From an uncultured Spirochaetota bacterium (lineage in GTDB: Bacteria; Spirochaetota; Spirochaetia; SZUA-6; Fen-1364), in the NCBI GenBank assembly GCA_963820525.1, contig CAWGAA010000001.1, forward strand, positions 480,001 through 544,000: a stretch of DNA of 64,000 nucleotides, read 5' to 3'. The notes under the pieces were generated by a model. It was not told the origin of the DNA, did no database searches, and was given only the letters and a program-made list of their open reading frames with translations. Every line of letters begins with the position of its first letter. Position 1 is the first letter of the stretch. Of the stretch, positions 31,097-42,099 are shown one piece after another. A program made the position numbers and the translations under genes.

Positions 31097-32997
31097 GCTC
31101 TCTCGACGCCTACGGCCTCTACCAGGCTCTCATCCTTCTTGCGGGGGGGCATACCGAGGAGACTTCTGATCTCGTCGTCGTCCATCGTCTCTTTCGTGAT
31201 CAGGGTCTCCGCCAGGAGCCTGAGTTTGCCCTCCTCCTCGGTAAGGATCCGTTGAGCGTCCGTGAGGGCCTCCTCCACGATCCGCTTGATCTCGGCATCG
31301 ATCTTGCGCGCCGTCTCCTCGGAGTAGTCCTTGTGGCGCGCTATCTCCTTGCCCAGGAAGATCGGCTCGTCCTTCTGACCATAGGTGATGGGCCCCAGCT
31401 CCTCGCTCATGCCCCACTCGCATACCATCTTCCGCGCTATCTCGGTGGCCTGCTCCAGGTCGTTCTGGGCGCCCGTGCTTGTCTCGTTGTAGATGATCCT
31501 CTCCGCGGCATAGCCGCCCATCGCGATCGCGATCCGGTCCAGCAGCCATCCCTTGTTCCGGGAATACGTGTCGCTCTCCGGCAGGGAGAATGCCACCCCG
31601 AGATACTTTCCGTGGGGGATGATCGTGATCTTGTGGAGGGGATCCGCGTTCTTCAGGAAATAGTGCAGAAGCCCGTGTCCCGCCTCATGGTAGGCAGTCA
31701 TCTGCTTCTCCTTGGGCGGGATCACCTTGCTCTTTCGCGCGATGCCCATGAGCGTCTTGTCCCGGGCCTCCTCGAAGTCCGCCATGTCGACTCTGTCCTT
31801 GTTCCCGCGGCCCGCGAAAAGCGCCGCCTCGTTCACCATGTTGGCGAGGTCGGCCCCCGAGGAGCCGGGGGTGGCGCGCGCCAGTCGGGCAAGGTCCACG
31901 TCAGGGGCCAGGGGGAGCTTGCGCGCGTGCAGGCGCAGGATCATCTCCCTCTCCTTGATATCGGGCATGTCGACAACGACCTGGCGGTCGAACCTGCCCG
32001 GCCGCATGAGCGCGGGGTCCAGGACGTCGGGCCTGTTGGTGGCTGCAAGGATGATGACCCCGTCCTTGGTGTCGAAGCCGTCCATCTCCACCAGCATCTG
32101 GTTCAGGGTCTGCTCACGCTCGTCATGGCCGCCGCCGTAGCCCGCTCCGCGGGTTCTGCCCACGGCGTCCAGCTCGTCGATGAAGAGGATGCAGGGGGCG
32201 TGCCGGCGGCCCTGCTCGAAGAGGTCCCGAACGCGGCTTGCGCCGACTCCGACGAACATCTCGACGAAATCCGAGCCCGACATATGGAAGAAGGCCACGT
32301 TGGCCTCTCCGGCGATGGCCTTGGCGAGCAGGGTCTTTCCGGTTCCCGGCATTCCCACGAGGAGCACGCCCTTGGGGATCTTCGCGCCGAGGCGGGAGAA
32401 CTTCTGCGGATTCTTGAGGAACTCCACCACCTCCTGCAGCTCGTACTTCGCCTCTTCCTGGCCCGCCACGTCCGTGAAGGTGAAGCGCTTTCCCGAGTCG
32501 AGATAGCGCTTTGCCCTGCTCTTGCCGAAGGAAAAGGCGCGGTTGCCATTGCCCTGCACCTGCCGGAAGAGGAACCAGATGAAGAAGCCGCCGATGACCC
32601 AGGGAAGCAGGTTGATGATCACCTGCAGGGGGGAAATGGTCTTCACGCCGCCGGACACGCCGACGCCCTTGTCCCGCAGGGTCTTCATGAGGTCGGGATC
32701 GTTGTACGGGATGGTCGTCTTGAAGTAGCCGGGCTCTCCATTGGCGCTCTTGATCGTGCCCTGTATTTCATACTGGTCTATGATCTTGACCGTGCTGACC
32801 CGGCCGCCGTTCACGTAGCTCAGGAAATCTGTGTACGAGATCTCCTGCGAGAGAGCGCGGTCGTTGTACACGAAGAAGAAGACGAAGAAGGAGACGAGAA
32901 TGAGCAGCGAGATGAGGGCAATGCGATTGTTGAAATTGAACCGAGGGGCCCGGGGATCCGGACCCTTGTCGTCACGATTGTCAGAGTTGTTGTTCAC
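31093..32997 (-). CDS. ftsH: ATP-dependent zinc metalloprotease FtsH
   Basis: Two transmembrane helices, [19 protein letters not shown]. Confidence 0.97.
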   Translation of the reverse strand: MNNNSDNRDDKGPDPRAPRFNFNNRIALISLLILVSFFVFFFVYNDRALSQEISYTDFLSYVNGGRVSTVKIIDQYEIQGTIKSANGEPGYFKTTIPYNDPDLMKTLRDKGVGVSGGVKTISPLQVIINLLPWVIGGFFIWFLFRQVQGNGNRAFSFGKSRAKRYLDSGKRFTFTDVAGQEEAKYELQEVVEFLKNPQKFSRLGAKIPKGVLLVGMPGTGKTLLAKAIAGEANVAFFHMSGSDFVEMFVGVGASRVRDLFEQGRRHAPCILFIDELDAVGRTRGAGYGGGHDEREQTLNQMLVEMDGFDTKDGVIILAATNRPDVLDPALMRPGRFDRQVVVDMPDIKEREMILRLHARKLPLAPDVDLARLARATPGSSGADLANMVNEAALFAGRGNKDRVDMADFEEARDKTLMGIARKSKVIPPKEKQMTAYHEAGHGLLHYFLKNADPLHKITIIPHGKYLGVAFSLPESDTYSRNKGWLLDRIAIAMGGYAAERIIYNETSTGAQNDLEQATEIARKMVCEWGMSEELGPITYGQKDEPIFLGKEIARHKDYSEETARKIDAEIKRIVEEALTDAQRILTEEEGKLRLLAETLITKETMDDDEIRSLLGMPPRKKDESLVEAVGVERA

Positions 32998-34427
32998 GCG
33001 TTCCTTCCATCATCCCGCGGCTCGCGCACGCGCCGTACTCGAATGCACACGCTGTCATCCCCTTCGCCTCCCTGAGCGCCGTTCCGCACTCGCGTCCCGT
33101 GCCCCAGGGCGCTTCCCAGAACCGCCAAAACCCCGCTCCTGTCGGCAAGGAGGGGAATCTCCTCGCGCGCATCGTCGCTCACCTTCCATTCCTGGAATAG
33201 CTCTTTTATCGATTTTCGGCCATACGTCAAGAGCAGCTCGTCGCCCTTCCTTTTTGACCTGATAACGAGCGGCGGGACGATCGCGCTCGCGCGTATCCGA
33301 ACTTCACCCGCTTCGGCCTCCCCACGAGAACCCCTCGTGAAGTCGACGCGTACAACGCGTGAGATGAGATAGCTCCCGTCGGGTTCGGCAGCTATAAAAT
33401 AGCTCTTTTCGCCTTCTCTGACAATATCTTGTTCCCATGACAGCCACGGCCCCTCCTGGCGAAGCCGAACGCCATGCCCTCGGAGGATCGTTCTGTCCCC
33501 CGCTGGCAGCGGCCCGAGGGCCGGCGCAAGGAAGCGGAACGGAAGCCTGCGCCGGGAGCCCTGCCTTGGCAGCCGGTCGAAGAGCGCCAGAAGCGATTGC
33601 GCCCTGAGCGCGGCAGGTGCCGTGAAGAATTCCTCGCTTTTGATGCGAAACCCGTTCTTCGATTCACTCCAGGGAAGCCGCGCGGCCGCCTCGCGCATGA
33701 GATAACCATTGAAGAGAGAGAGCTTCCTCGAGAGGGAGAGCAGGCCGGAGCGGAACCCGGGATAGGTGTTCTGGAGAGCGGGGATCAGCTCTGCGCGGAT
33801 TCGATTTCGAAGAAAACCCATTTCGCTGTTGGTTGAATCGATCCGGTAGCCCAGCTTCCTCGACTCGAGGTACTCGAGTATCTCCGAGCGCATGACGGAA
33901 AGCAGCGGCCTCACGAAAACCCCTCGCCTGACGGATATTCCCGAAAGCCCGGCGGGGCCCGAGCCCTGGATGATCCTCATAAGGATGGTCTCAACCTCGT
34001 CGTCGCGCGTGTGACCGAGGATGACCGCCTGGGCCCCGAGCTTGGACGCCGCCTCCTGCAAAAGGCCGAGACGGACCTCCCTGGCCGCCTCCTCGAGGCT
34101 TCTCCCCTCTCGACGCGCGCGCCCGGCGCACTCCCCTTCGCCCGCCTTCAACAGCAGGAACTCCGCCCCGAGGGAGCGGGAGAGCTCCCTGACGAACTCG
34201 ATATCCCCGTCTATCTCCCGCCGGTCTCGAATCCCATGGTCAACGATGCACGCGTGAAGAAGGAAATGCAGCTGGCGTGACAGCGAAGAGAGGATGGAGA
34301 GAAGCGCCGTGGAATCGGGCCCCCCCGAGACGCCGACGACAAGCCGCGCCCGATCTTCGATTCCGGCCGCGGCGAGAGCGCCGGCGGCGCGCTGCTCAAG
34401 AGGGAGGTTCTTTCTTGTTGATCTCAT
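32994..34427 (-). CDS. tilS: tRNA(Ile)-lysidine synthetase
   Basis: SGGPDS, VDHGIR, GHTRDD, VRPLL, RNRIR; start uncertain. Confidence 0.92.
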   Translation of the reverse strand: MRSTRKNLPLEQRAAGALAAAGIEDRARLVVGVSGGPDSTALLSILSSLSRQLHFLLHACIVDHGIRDRREIDGDIEFVRELSRSLGAEFLLLKAGEGECAGRARREGRSLEEAAREVRLGLLQEAASKLGAQAVILGHTRDDEVETILMRIIQGSGPAGLSGISVRRGVFVRPLLSVMRSEILEYLESRKLGYRIDSTNSEMGFLRNRIRAELIPALQNTYPGFRSGLLSLSRKLSLFNGYLMREAAARLPWSESKNGFRIKSEEFFTAPAALRAQSLLALFDRLPRQGSRRRLPFRFLAPALGPLPAGDRTILRGHGVRLRQEGPWLSWEQDIVREGEKSYFIAAEPDGSYLISRVVRVDFTRGSRGEAEAGEVRIRASAIVPPLVIRSKRKGDELLLTYGRKSIKELFQEWKVSDDAREEIPLLADRSGVLAVLGSALGHGTRVRNGAQGGEGDDSVCIRVRRVREPRDDGRNA

Positions 34428-34977
34428 TCATGACCCTGGCAGGCCCTTCGGCGAAGAGCAGGAGAACGGAATCTGCCGCCTTCTCTATCCCCTGCTCGAT
34501 CAATGTCGCCTCCCCTCCTCGGGGCCTCTGAAGCACATAGGCGATCACTTCGCCTTTGTGGGCCGGCCTTCCGATGCCGACCAGGAGGCGCATGAAATCC
34601 TCCGTGCCGATGTTCCTGATTATCGACTCCAGTCCCTTGTGGCCTCCCGCGGAGCCCTTGAGGCGGAAGCGGCAGCTGCCCGGCGAAAGGTCCAGGCTGT
34701 CGCACACCACGAGGATCTCTGAAGGGGAAAGCCCTGTTTCCCTCATGACTTCCCGGAACACCCGTCCCGAGGCGTTCATGAAGGTAAGGGGCTTCACGAG
34801 GTAGATGGAGTCGCCGTCGCGAATCGCTTTGCCGATCCAGTAGGAGTGGAAGAGCTTCTTCTTCCAGGAAACCCCCAGCCGCGAGGCGACCACGTTCGCC
34901 ACGGCGAAGCCCACGTTGTGGCGCGTGCCATCGTAGCGCTGGCCGGGGTTGCCCAGACCGAATACAGCGAGGCCCAG
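34396..34977 (-). CDS. pth: Peptidyl-tRNA hydrolase (probable CTG start)
   Basis: GLGNPGQRYDGTRHNVGF, KPLTFMNASG, GGHKG; conserved N-terminus extends upstream of the listed ORF to CTG 34977. Confidence 0.93.
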   Translation of the reverse strand: MGLAVFGLGNPGQRYDGTRHNVGFAVANVVASRLGVSWKKKLFHSYWIGKAIRDGDSIYLVKPLTFMNASGRVFREVMRETGLSPSEILVVCDSLDLSPGSCRFRLKGSAGGHKGLESIIRNIGTEDFMRLLVGIGRPAHKGEVIAYVLQRPRGGEATLIEQGIEKAADSVLLLFAEGPARVMNEINKKEPPS

Positions 34978-35637
34978 CTATTTCTCCTCGGCCTGCTCGG
35001 TTTCTTCCTTCTTTTCCTCTGAAGCAGCCTCCTCGCCCTCCGCGACTGCCTCTCCCTCCACTGCCGCGGCTGGCGCGACCTCTTCCTCCGCCATCCTGTG
35101 AGCCACGAGACAGATGACCTGCTCGGGGTTGTTCAGGACCCGCACGCCCTCCGGAAGGCTCACCTGGCTGACGTGCAGCGAATGCCCGAGGGCGAGCTCC
35201 AGAACGTCCAGGGTGAGCTCCTCGGGGAGGAACTTCGGAAGACATTCCACGTCGAGGAAATGGAGGAGAGTCTCGAGGATCCCGCCTTCCTTGACGCCCG
35301 CCGGATTTCCCGTGAGACGGAGGGGAACCCGGGTGCGCAGCGCGACGCCCCTCTTGAACTCGTAGAAATCGATGTGGAGGATCTCCCCCGTCATGTTGTC
35401 CCTCTGATAGTCCTTGACCAGGACCTCGTGGGACCCCTGGGGCAGCTTCAGCTCGATGATCGTGTTCTCCGTGATCCTCTTGAAGTTGGACCGGAACTCG
35501 CGGGAATCCACCGCTATCTTGAGGGGCTCCACGTGGCCGTACACGATGGCGGGGATCTTTCCCGCGCGCCGCAAACGGCCGGCGGCCGCCTTCTTGGTTT
35601 CCGTCCGCTGCTCGACGTTCAGCTTCTTCGCTTCCAT
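34978..35637 (-). CDS. rplY: 50S ribosomal protein L25 (Ctc form)
   Basis: RLRRAGKIPAIVYG, HIDFY, GVKEGG; acidic tail. Confidence 0.95.
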   Translation of the reverse strand: MEAKKLNVEQRTETKKAAAGRLRRAGKIPAIVYGHVEPLKIAVDSREFRSNFKRITENTIIELKLPQGSHEVLVKDYQRDNMTGEILHIDFYEFKRGVALRTRVPLRLTGNPAGVKEGGILETLLHFLDVECLPKFLPEELTLDVLELALGHSLHVSQVSLPEGVRVLNNPEQVICLVAHRMAEEEVAPAAAVEGEAVAEGEEAASEEKKEETEQAEEK

Positions 35638-35681
35638 TCAATGACTCCTTAGAGGTAGTTTCCGTTCTCCGGAAGAGCGAG

Positions 35682-35754
35682 CTGGGACGGCAGGATTCGA
35701 ACCTGCGAATGCCGGATCCAAATTCCGGAGGCTTAACCGCTTGCCTACGTCCCA
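35682..35754 (-). tRNA. tRNA-Gln (anticodon TTG)
   Basis: TGGGACG acceptor stem, anticodon arm CCGGA-ATTTGGA-TCCGG, GTTCGAATC T-loop. Confidence 0.93.
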
Positions 35755-35840
35755 ATGGTGGCTGCGGGCTCGTGGAGCCCCAGGGCTGCCCTCGGGATGA
35801 ATCGTCCCTCTCCGATGGCGTTGCCATCGCCCCGAAAGCC

Positions 35841-36143
35841 TTAGTCCTGGGGGGGGATGCTCTCCTCCTGCTCGGAAATATGCAGATCCACGCCCGTCTT
35901 GTCAAACTCCTCCAGAATCCGGGTCTGGATTCTCTTTCTGAAATCCGAGTTTATGGGGTGAGCGATGTCTTTGAACTCCCCAGTGCGCGTTTTCCTGCTC
36001 GGCATGGCCACGAACCTCCCGAACTGGCCCAGGATGATCTTGAGGTTGTGAACCACGAAGCAGTTGTCGAAGGTTACAGTGACGTAAGCCTTGAGCTTGT
36101 TGTCAGATTCGACCTTCTTGATGCGAATATCGGTGATGTCCAT
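35841..36143 (-). CDS. spoVG: SpoVG nucleic-acid-binding protein
   Basis: MDITDIRI, FVAMPSRK, DIAHPINS; GGAGG before ATG 36143. Confidence 0.95.
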   Translation of the reverse strand: MDITDIRIKKVESDNKLKAYVTVTFDNCFVVHNLKIILGQFGRFVAMPSRKTRTGEFKDIAHPINSDFRKRIQTRILEEFDKTGVDLHISEQEESIPPQD

Positions 36144-36180
36144 GGGCAGCCTCCTGCCGTCGACTCCGCATCCGCGTATA

Positions 36181-37059
36181 CTATCCCAGGGGAGGCAACA
36201 TTGCAAGGGGGCGAAGGATTCGGACGCCGGCGGGAATCGCCATGCGGCGCGCGCACGCCTCCGCCGACCGTTCGTCGGGCGCCAGGGCGATCACTGTCGA
36301 GCCGCTTCCCGTCAGCCGGGGATTCAGGCCGCCTGCGGATCGAAGCTCATCCCGCGCCCGCCTGCTCCCCTCGCTCTTCGGAAAGACTGCCGGATCGAAG
36401 TCATTGAAGAAATCCCAATTCTCCACCGGCCGACGGTACATTTCGGCAAGCCTGTCTGCCGGCAGATGCCGGGTGCGCCGGGTCCGTCCGCCCCTCTGCT
36501 CGTCCAGCCACCGATACGCCTCCGCGGTGCTCACCCCAGATGGGGGTGTCACGGCGATGATGGCGAAGTCGTCCCTGGGCGCCAGATCCTGCACTCTTTC
36601 GCCACGCCCCTCCACGACGGCAGCGACGGAAGAAAGAAAGAAGGGAACATCGCTTCCCAGCGCTCCGCCGAGGGCCGAGAGTCTCTCAGGCGGGAGAGAG
36701 AGCCCGAACACCGCCTCCAGGCCGCGCAGTGCGGCCGCGGCGTCGCTTGAGCCTCCTCCCAGTCCCCCTCCCATGGGGATCCTCTTTTCCACCTCTACTT
36801 TAAGGCCCTCCCGCGCCCCGGTTTCCGCCCGGAAGAGCTCGATAGCCCTGCAAATCGTGTTCAGCTCTGCTGGAAAGCCGAACTCTCCCTCTATCAGGAG
36901 GGAACCCTGCGGGCCGGCCGGCCGTATGCGAAGCTCATCGAACAGGGAGACAGCCTGGAAGATCGAGCGGATCTCGTGATACCCGTCGTCACGGATGCCC
37001 AGCACCTCGAGATGCAGATTCACCTTCGCCGGGGCCAGGACGGTCACAATGTGAGCCAT
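36181..37059 (-). CDS. ispE: 4-diphosphocytidyl-2-C-methyl-D-erythritol kinase
   Basis: APAKVNLHL, IPMGGGLGGGSSDAA, GSDVPFF, LTGSGS. Confidence 0.95.
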   Translation of the reverse strand: MAHIVTVLAPAKVNLHLEVLGIRDDGYHEIRSIFQAVSLFDELRIRPAGPQGSLLIEGEFGFPAELNTICRAIELFRAETGAREGLKVEVEKRIPMGGGLGGGSSDAAAALRGLEAVFGLSLPPERLSALGGALGSDVPFFLSSVAAVVEGRGERVQDLAPRDDFAIIAVTPPSGVSTAEAYRWLDEQRGGRTRRTRHLPADRLAEMYRRPVENWDFFNDFDPAVFPKSEGSRRARDELRSAGGLNPRLTGSGSTVIALAPDERSAEACARRMAIPAGVRILRPLAMLPPLG

Positions 37060-37068
37060 CTTCGGGCC

Positions 37069-37097
37069 AGGGTAGCGAAAGGGCATGGGTGCGTCCA
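37069..37097 (-). promoter_or_regulatory. Sigma70-like promoter of ispE operon
   Basis: TGGACG-17 nt-TACCCT, 9 nt before ATG. Confidence 0.4.
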
Positions 37098-37189
37098 GGG
37101 GATCTGCCGGCCGAGCGGCGCCAGGATGGGACATGCCCAGGCATTAGGCCTGCGCCGCGCGCGCCGAAAGGCACGCCGGGGCGGAAGAT

Positions 37190-37218
37190 TTGACAGGCCG
37201 TTCGCGCACCCCTATACT
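37190..37218 (+). promoter_or_regulatory. Sigma70 promoter of cheX-like gene
   Basis: TTGACA-17 nt-TATACT, 9 nt before GTG 37228. Confidence 0.75.
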
Positions 37219-37227
37219 GAAACAAGC

Positions 37228-37707
37228 GTGGCAAGTGAAGTATTCGAAGTCTTTCTCCAGGCCCTCACGCAGATCTTTTCGGAAACCGGGATCGAAATCG
37301 ATGCCGTCGAGGATGGGACGCGCGGCGGGGCCGTGGACCAGGTGGCGGCCAGCGTGGGCATCGCTGGGGGCGTGAAGGGCTGCTTCATGCTCTGCGCCGA
37401 CTACTCCAGCGCCAGGAACATCGTGCACGGCATGACGGCAGGCATCCAGCTCAGCTTTCCGCCCACGGGGCTGGGCGAGATCCAGAGAACGGCCCTGGGG
37501 GAGATGACCAATCAGATCTCGGGCCGGGCCGTCACGCTCCTTTCCCACGGCGGAGTGGAATGCGAGATTTCCCCCCCCATCATCATCACGGCGGAGAGGC
37601 TCAAGAGCCACCTCCCCGGCATGCTGGAATCCTTCTCCCGCACCGTCAGGGGGCCCTTCGGGAGCCTGAGGCTGCTCCTTGCCGTCAGTCCGCCGTCCCA
37701 TCCGTGA
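37228..37707 (+). CDS. cheX: CheX-like chemotaxis phosphatase
   Basis: VGIAGGVKG, ALGEMTNQISG (ExxN motif), ISPPIII; 159 aa from GTG. Confidence 0.8.
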   Translation: MASEVFEVFLQALTQIFSETGIEIDAVEDGTRGGAVDQVAASVGIAGGVKGCFMLCADYSSARNIVHGMTAGIQLSFPPTGLGEIQRTALGEMTNQISGRAVTLLSHGGVECEISPPIIITAERLKSHLPGMLESFSRTVRGPFGSLRLLLAVSPPSHP

Positions 37708-37722
37708 AAAACAAAAAACTAG

Positions 37723-37752
37723 TTGACAATCGGAGAATTCTGGTCGTAGATT
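37723..37752 (+). promoter_or_regulatory. Sigma70 promoter of acidic protein gene
   Basis: A-tract upstream, then TTGACA-18 nt-TAGATT. Confidence 0.55.
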
Positions 37753-37792
37753 GAGCCGTGATCTAACTTCGCGATACCAATGGGGTGGGACC

Positions 37793-38149
37793 ATGTTGGG
37801 AAATCTTGAAGGCAATACCTTTGACAAAGAAAACGGAACCTTCTACCTCTTCGGCAAGGAGAAGGGCAAGAACGACTCCGACGAGGAAGAGGACGTCGAA
37901 GGCGACGAGGAAGAGGACCTGGACGAAGATTTCGACGACTATGACGACGACCTCGAGGACGAGGAGTACGAGGAAGAGGAAGAGGAAGAGGACGAGGACT
38001 ACGACGAGGACCTCGACGACGAGGAAGAGTTCGACGACGAGGAAGAGGAAGACTTAGAGGAAGACGAGGACCTCGACGAGGAAGACTATCTCGACGAAGA
38101 CGAGTACGATGTAGACGAAGACCTGGACTACGAGGATTTCGACGAGTAG
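37793..38149 (+). CDS. Hyper-acidic (Asp/Glu-rich) hypothetical protein
   Basis: 118 aa; 27 aa head, then 91 aa of which 71 are D/E; G-rich SD-like sequence and own promoter. Confidence 0.75.
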   Translation: MLGNLEGNTFDKENGTFYLFGKEKGKNDSDEEEDVEGDEEEDLDEDFDDYDDDLEDEEYEEEEEEEDEDYDEDLDDEEEFDDEEEEDLEEDEDLDEEDYLDEDEYDVDEDLDYEDFDE

Positions 38150-38493
38150 GCGACTCGCTCGGCCTTGAACCAAAGCCTCTCCAGCTCATAGAAATCGCGG
38201 CATTCTTTTTCCATGAGATGAATCACGAAGTCTCCGCAATCGACGAGGAGCCACCCTTTGTCCGTGACGTGCTTGTGCCTGTTCAGGGGGTGGATGTCGG
38301 CGTCCGAGAAGAACCGCGAAAGCTCCTTCAGGAGCCCCGAGAGATGCGCGGAGCTTCTCGCCGTGGTTATCACGAAATAGTCGGTGAGCGTGGATACCTC
38401 GGTGAGGTCCAGGAGCACGGTATCCTCGCCCCTGTGCTCTTCCAGGAAACGCGCTGTCGCAACGGCCTTCTCCCTACTTGACATACCGTCCAT
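38128..38493 (-). CDS. rsfS: Ribosome silencing factor
   Basis: LTDYFVITT, WLLVDCGDFVIHLM, FYELERLW. Confidence 0.93.
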   Translation of the reverse strand: MDGMSSREKAVATARFLEEHRGEDTVLLDLTEVSTLTDYFVITTARSSAHLSGLLKELSRFFSDADIHPLNRHKHVTDKGWLLVDCGDFVIHLMEKECRDFYELERLWFKAERVAYSSKSS

Positions 38494-39658
38494 CGAAATC
38501 CTTTCCCAGGATGACCGTCACGTCCACGGCCTGGTCCATCTGTGGATCCGGCCGTGAAAAGACCCGTGCGCAGCGAATGATGTCCGCGACCTTCTTCGCG
38601 TCGTCCAGCTTCCCCTTCCTCTCCAGCACCACCGTGTTCTCGTAGGCGTCGTTGTCGGCATTGCCGGGAGTGAGCACCTCCAGGTCGTAGCTCTGGAACA
38701 GTTCCCGGGCCCGGCTGGCCAGGCCGGGGGTCTTGGTTCCATTGAGCACCTCCACCGTGATCGTCAGCTCCTCTGCGGGGATATACTCGCTGGACGCGTT
38801 GGCTTCGAGGGTCTGCTTGACGGCCGCGCGAAGGAGATCGCCGTCCTGGTGCGGAAAGAGAAGCTCCCGCCCGTCCACCGTCCGGCTGTTTCCCAGGGCC
38901 CGCTGCAACACCATCCGCTCGGGGTCGAATCTGCCCATCTCCGTGACAAAGGAGCTCAGGGCCCGGGGGGCCAGGGTCGTTCGCACAAGGGAGCGCAGCA
39001 CGCGAAAGGTCTGCCGGCTCTGGAGATAGCTCGCGTTCTCCCCCAGCCCCTTGAGCAGCGCCTGGAGGAACTTTTGTTTCCTCCCCACCTTGTCCGCTTC
39101 GGACTCCAGGGTGTCCTCGTACGAGATGAAGTCGCGCACCTTGTCCCCGTCCAGAGTGACGCTGCCCGAAGGCAGGAGGATCCTCTTGCCCTGCCACGTC
39201 GTGTCCACGGGGTTGGGGATGAAGAGTGCAAGCCCGCCGACGAGATCCACCAGCTTGACAAGATCGTCCTTTGAGATGTCGATCACGCACTGGAGGCTCA
39301 CGCCGAGAAGCTCCTCCACCCTCCTCTTCAAGGGGCCCGGGTTGGCCCGCTTGTACAGCGCGTCGATCCCATCCACTCTCTTGAGAGATTCGATCACTCC
39401 CCCAAGGTTCGTCGGCACATGGAAGAGGGCGCCTTTGCGGGTATCGGGATTGTAGAGAAAAACCTCCAGGAAGACCGGCTTCACGTCGTCGGAGACGATG
39501 AAGAGGATGTTCACGGGCTGCTTTTTTTTCAGCAAGTCCGAGATCTGGTCCACCCGCAGCTGCAAGAATGCGTAGACGGCCGTGGCCGCCACCACCAGGG
39601 AAATGAGGGCCAGGAGGATGACGCTCCTCTCGGCCTTGCGGTTTCTCCTATCCAGCAT
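38474..39658 (-). CDS. LCP family protein with LytR C-terminal domain
   Basis: N-terminal transmembrane helix; KLVDLVGG, VTLDGD; VEVLNGT...GNAD...VTVILGKD. Confidence 0.85.
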   Translation of the reverse strand: MLDRRNRKAERSVILLALISLVVAATAVYAFLQLRVDQISDLLKKKQPVNILFIVSDDVKPVFLEVFLYNPDTRKGALFHVPTNLGGVIESLKRVDGIDALYKRANPGPLKRRVEELLGVSLQCVIDISKDDLVKLVDLVGGLALFIPNPVDTTWQGKRILLPSGSVTLDGDKVRDFISYEDTLESEADKVGRKQKFLQALLKGLGENASYLQSRQTFRVLRSLVRTTLAPRALSSFVTEMGRFDPERMVLQRALGNSRTVDGRELLFPHQDGDLLRAAVKQTLEANASSEYIPAEELTITVEVLNGTKTPGLASRARELFQSYDLEVLTPGNADNDAYENTVVLERKGKLDDAKKVADIIRCARVFSRPDPQMDQAVDVTVILGKDFDGRYVK

Positions 39659-40218
39659 CTTTGCTCAATTCCTCCAGCAGCGCGTGCGAGGCCTCCGTTA
39701 CTTCCAGGGACTGGGCGCGCACATACTGAATCTTTCTCTCGAGAACTGCAAGCACCATGGCGTCGAGGCCGAGCGACAGAGTCCGGTCGCGAAATGCCGG
39801 GGGAAGGAAATCGCGCGAAGGCTCCAGGAAGTCCGAGACGAACAGGATCCGTGAGACCCCTCCCATCGACGGCCTTCCCGTCACGTGATCGCAAATGGCG
39901 TCGAGGACCTCGGGATCCGCGTACCCCGCGCGCTTTTTCAATAGCACGGCGGCCGCGCGGCCGTGGAGAAGGATCGGCGCGGCTTCCTCCGCGGTGGACA
40001 CCGGCAGGCCGTCGCCGGAGGCGAGCCTCAGGAGCTCCTCCGAGGGCAGCTCTCGCGCCATATCGTGAGCGAGGCCGGCGATGCGGCCCTTGCCGCTGTC
40101 TACGGAGAAACGCCGGCACAGTTCCGCGGCGAGGAGCGCCGTGGCGCGACAGTGCGCGTAGCGCGCCGGGCTGACGAGTGAGCGCACAAGGGAATCAATG
40201 CGCTGGATCAAGGAGTCT

Positions 40219-40226
<8 letters not shown>
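39648..40226 (-). CDS. yqeK: YqeK-like HD hydrolase (Ap4A hydrolase family)
   Basis: RYAH, GLAHDMARE, LLHGRAAA, DFLEPSR; follows nadD. Confidence 0.85.
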
Positions 40227-41780
<1,554 letters not shown>

Positions 41781-42035
41781 TCAAGCACTGGCGGACTGCA
41801 CCGCCACGAAGCTCCTTCCCCTGTGGGTGTGAAAAACGACCTGGCCGTCCGCAAGGGCGAAAAGGGTATCGTCCCTGCCGCGCCCGACGTTCTCTCCGGG
41901 GTGGAACTTGGTCCCACGCTGGCGGACAATGATCGTCCCGGCGCTCACGGTCTGGCCGCCAAACCTCTTGATTCCCAGCCGCTTGGCGTTTGAGTCACGG
42001 CCGTTCTTCGCCGCTCCGCCTTTTTTCCGTCCCAT
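41781..42035 (-). CDS. rpmA: 50S ribosomal protein L27
   Basis: [26 protein letters not shown] before ATG 42035. Confidence 0.97.
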   Translation of the reverse strand: MGRKKGGAAKNGRDSNAKRLGIKRFGGQTVSAGTIIVRQRGTKFHPGENVGRGRDDTLFALADGQVVFHTHRGRSFVAVQSASA

Positions 42036-42099
42036 CTCGAAACCTCCCCTCTCACCGCCGTCAGGGCGACTCCTGGCGTGCATGCGGCAAAGGCGCGAA

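Noticed and set aside
30793..33075. 760 aa plus-strand ORF
   Set aside because: Antisense shadow of ftsH
34424..35905. 493 aa minus-strand ORF spanning tRNA-Gln, rplY and pth
   Set aside because: Off-frame overlap with well-supported genes
37870..38149. GAC/GAG-rich repetitive DNA as a CRISPR array or microsatellite
   Set aside because: No fixed repeat-spacer unit; explained by Asp/Glu codons
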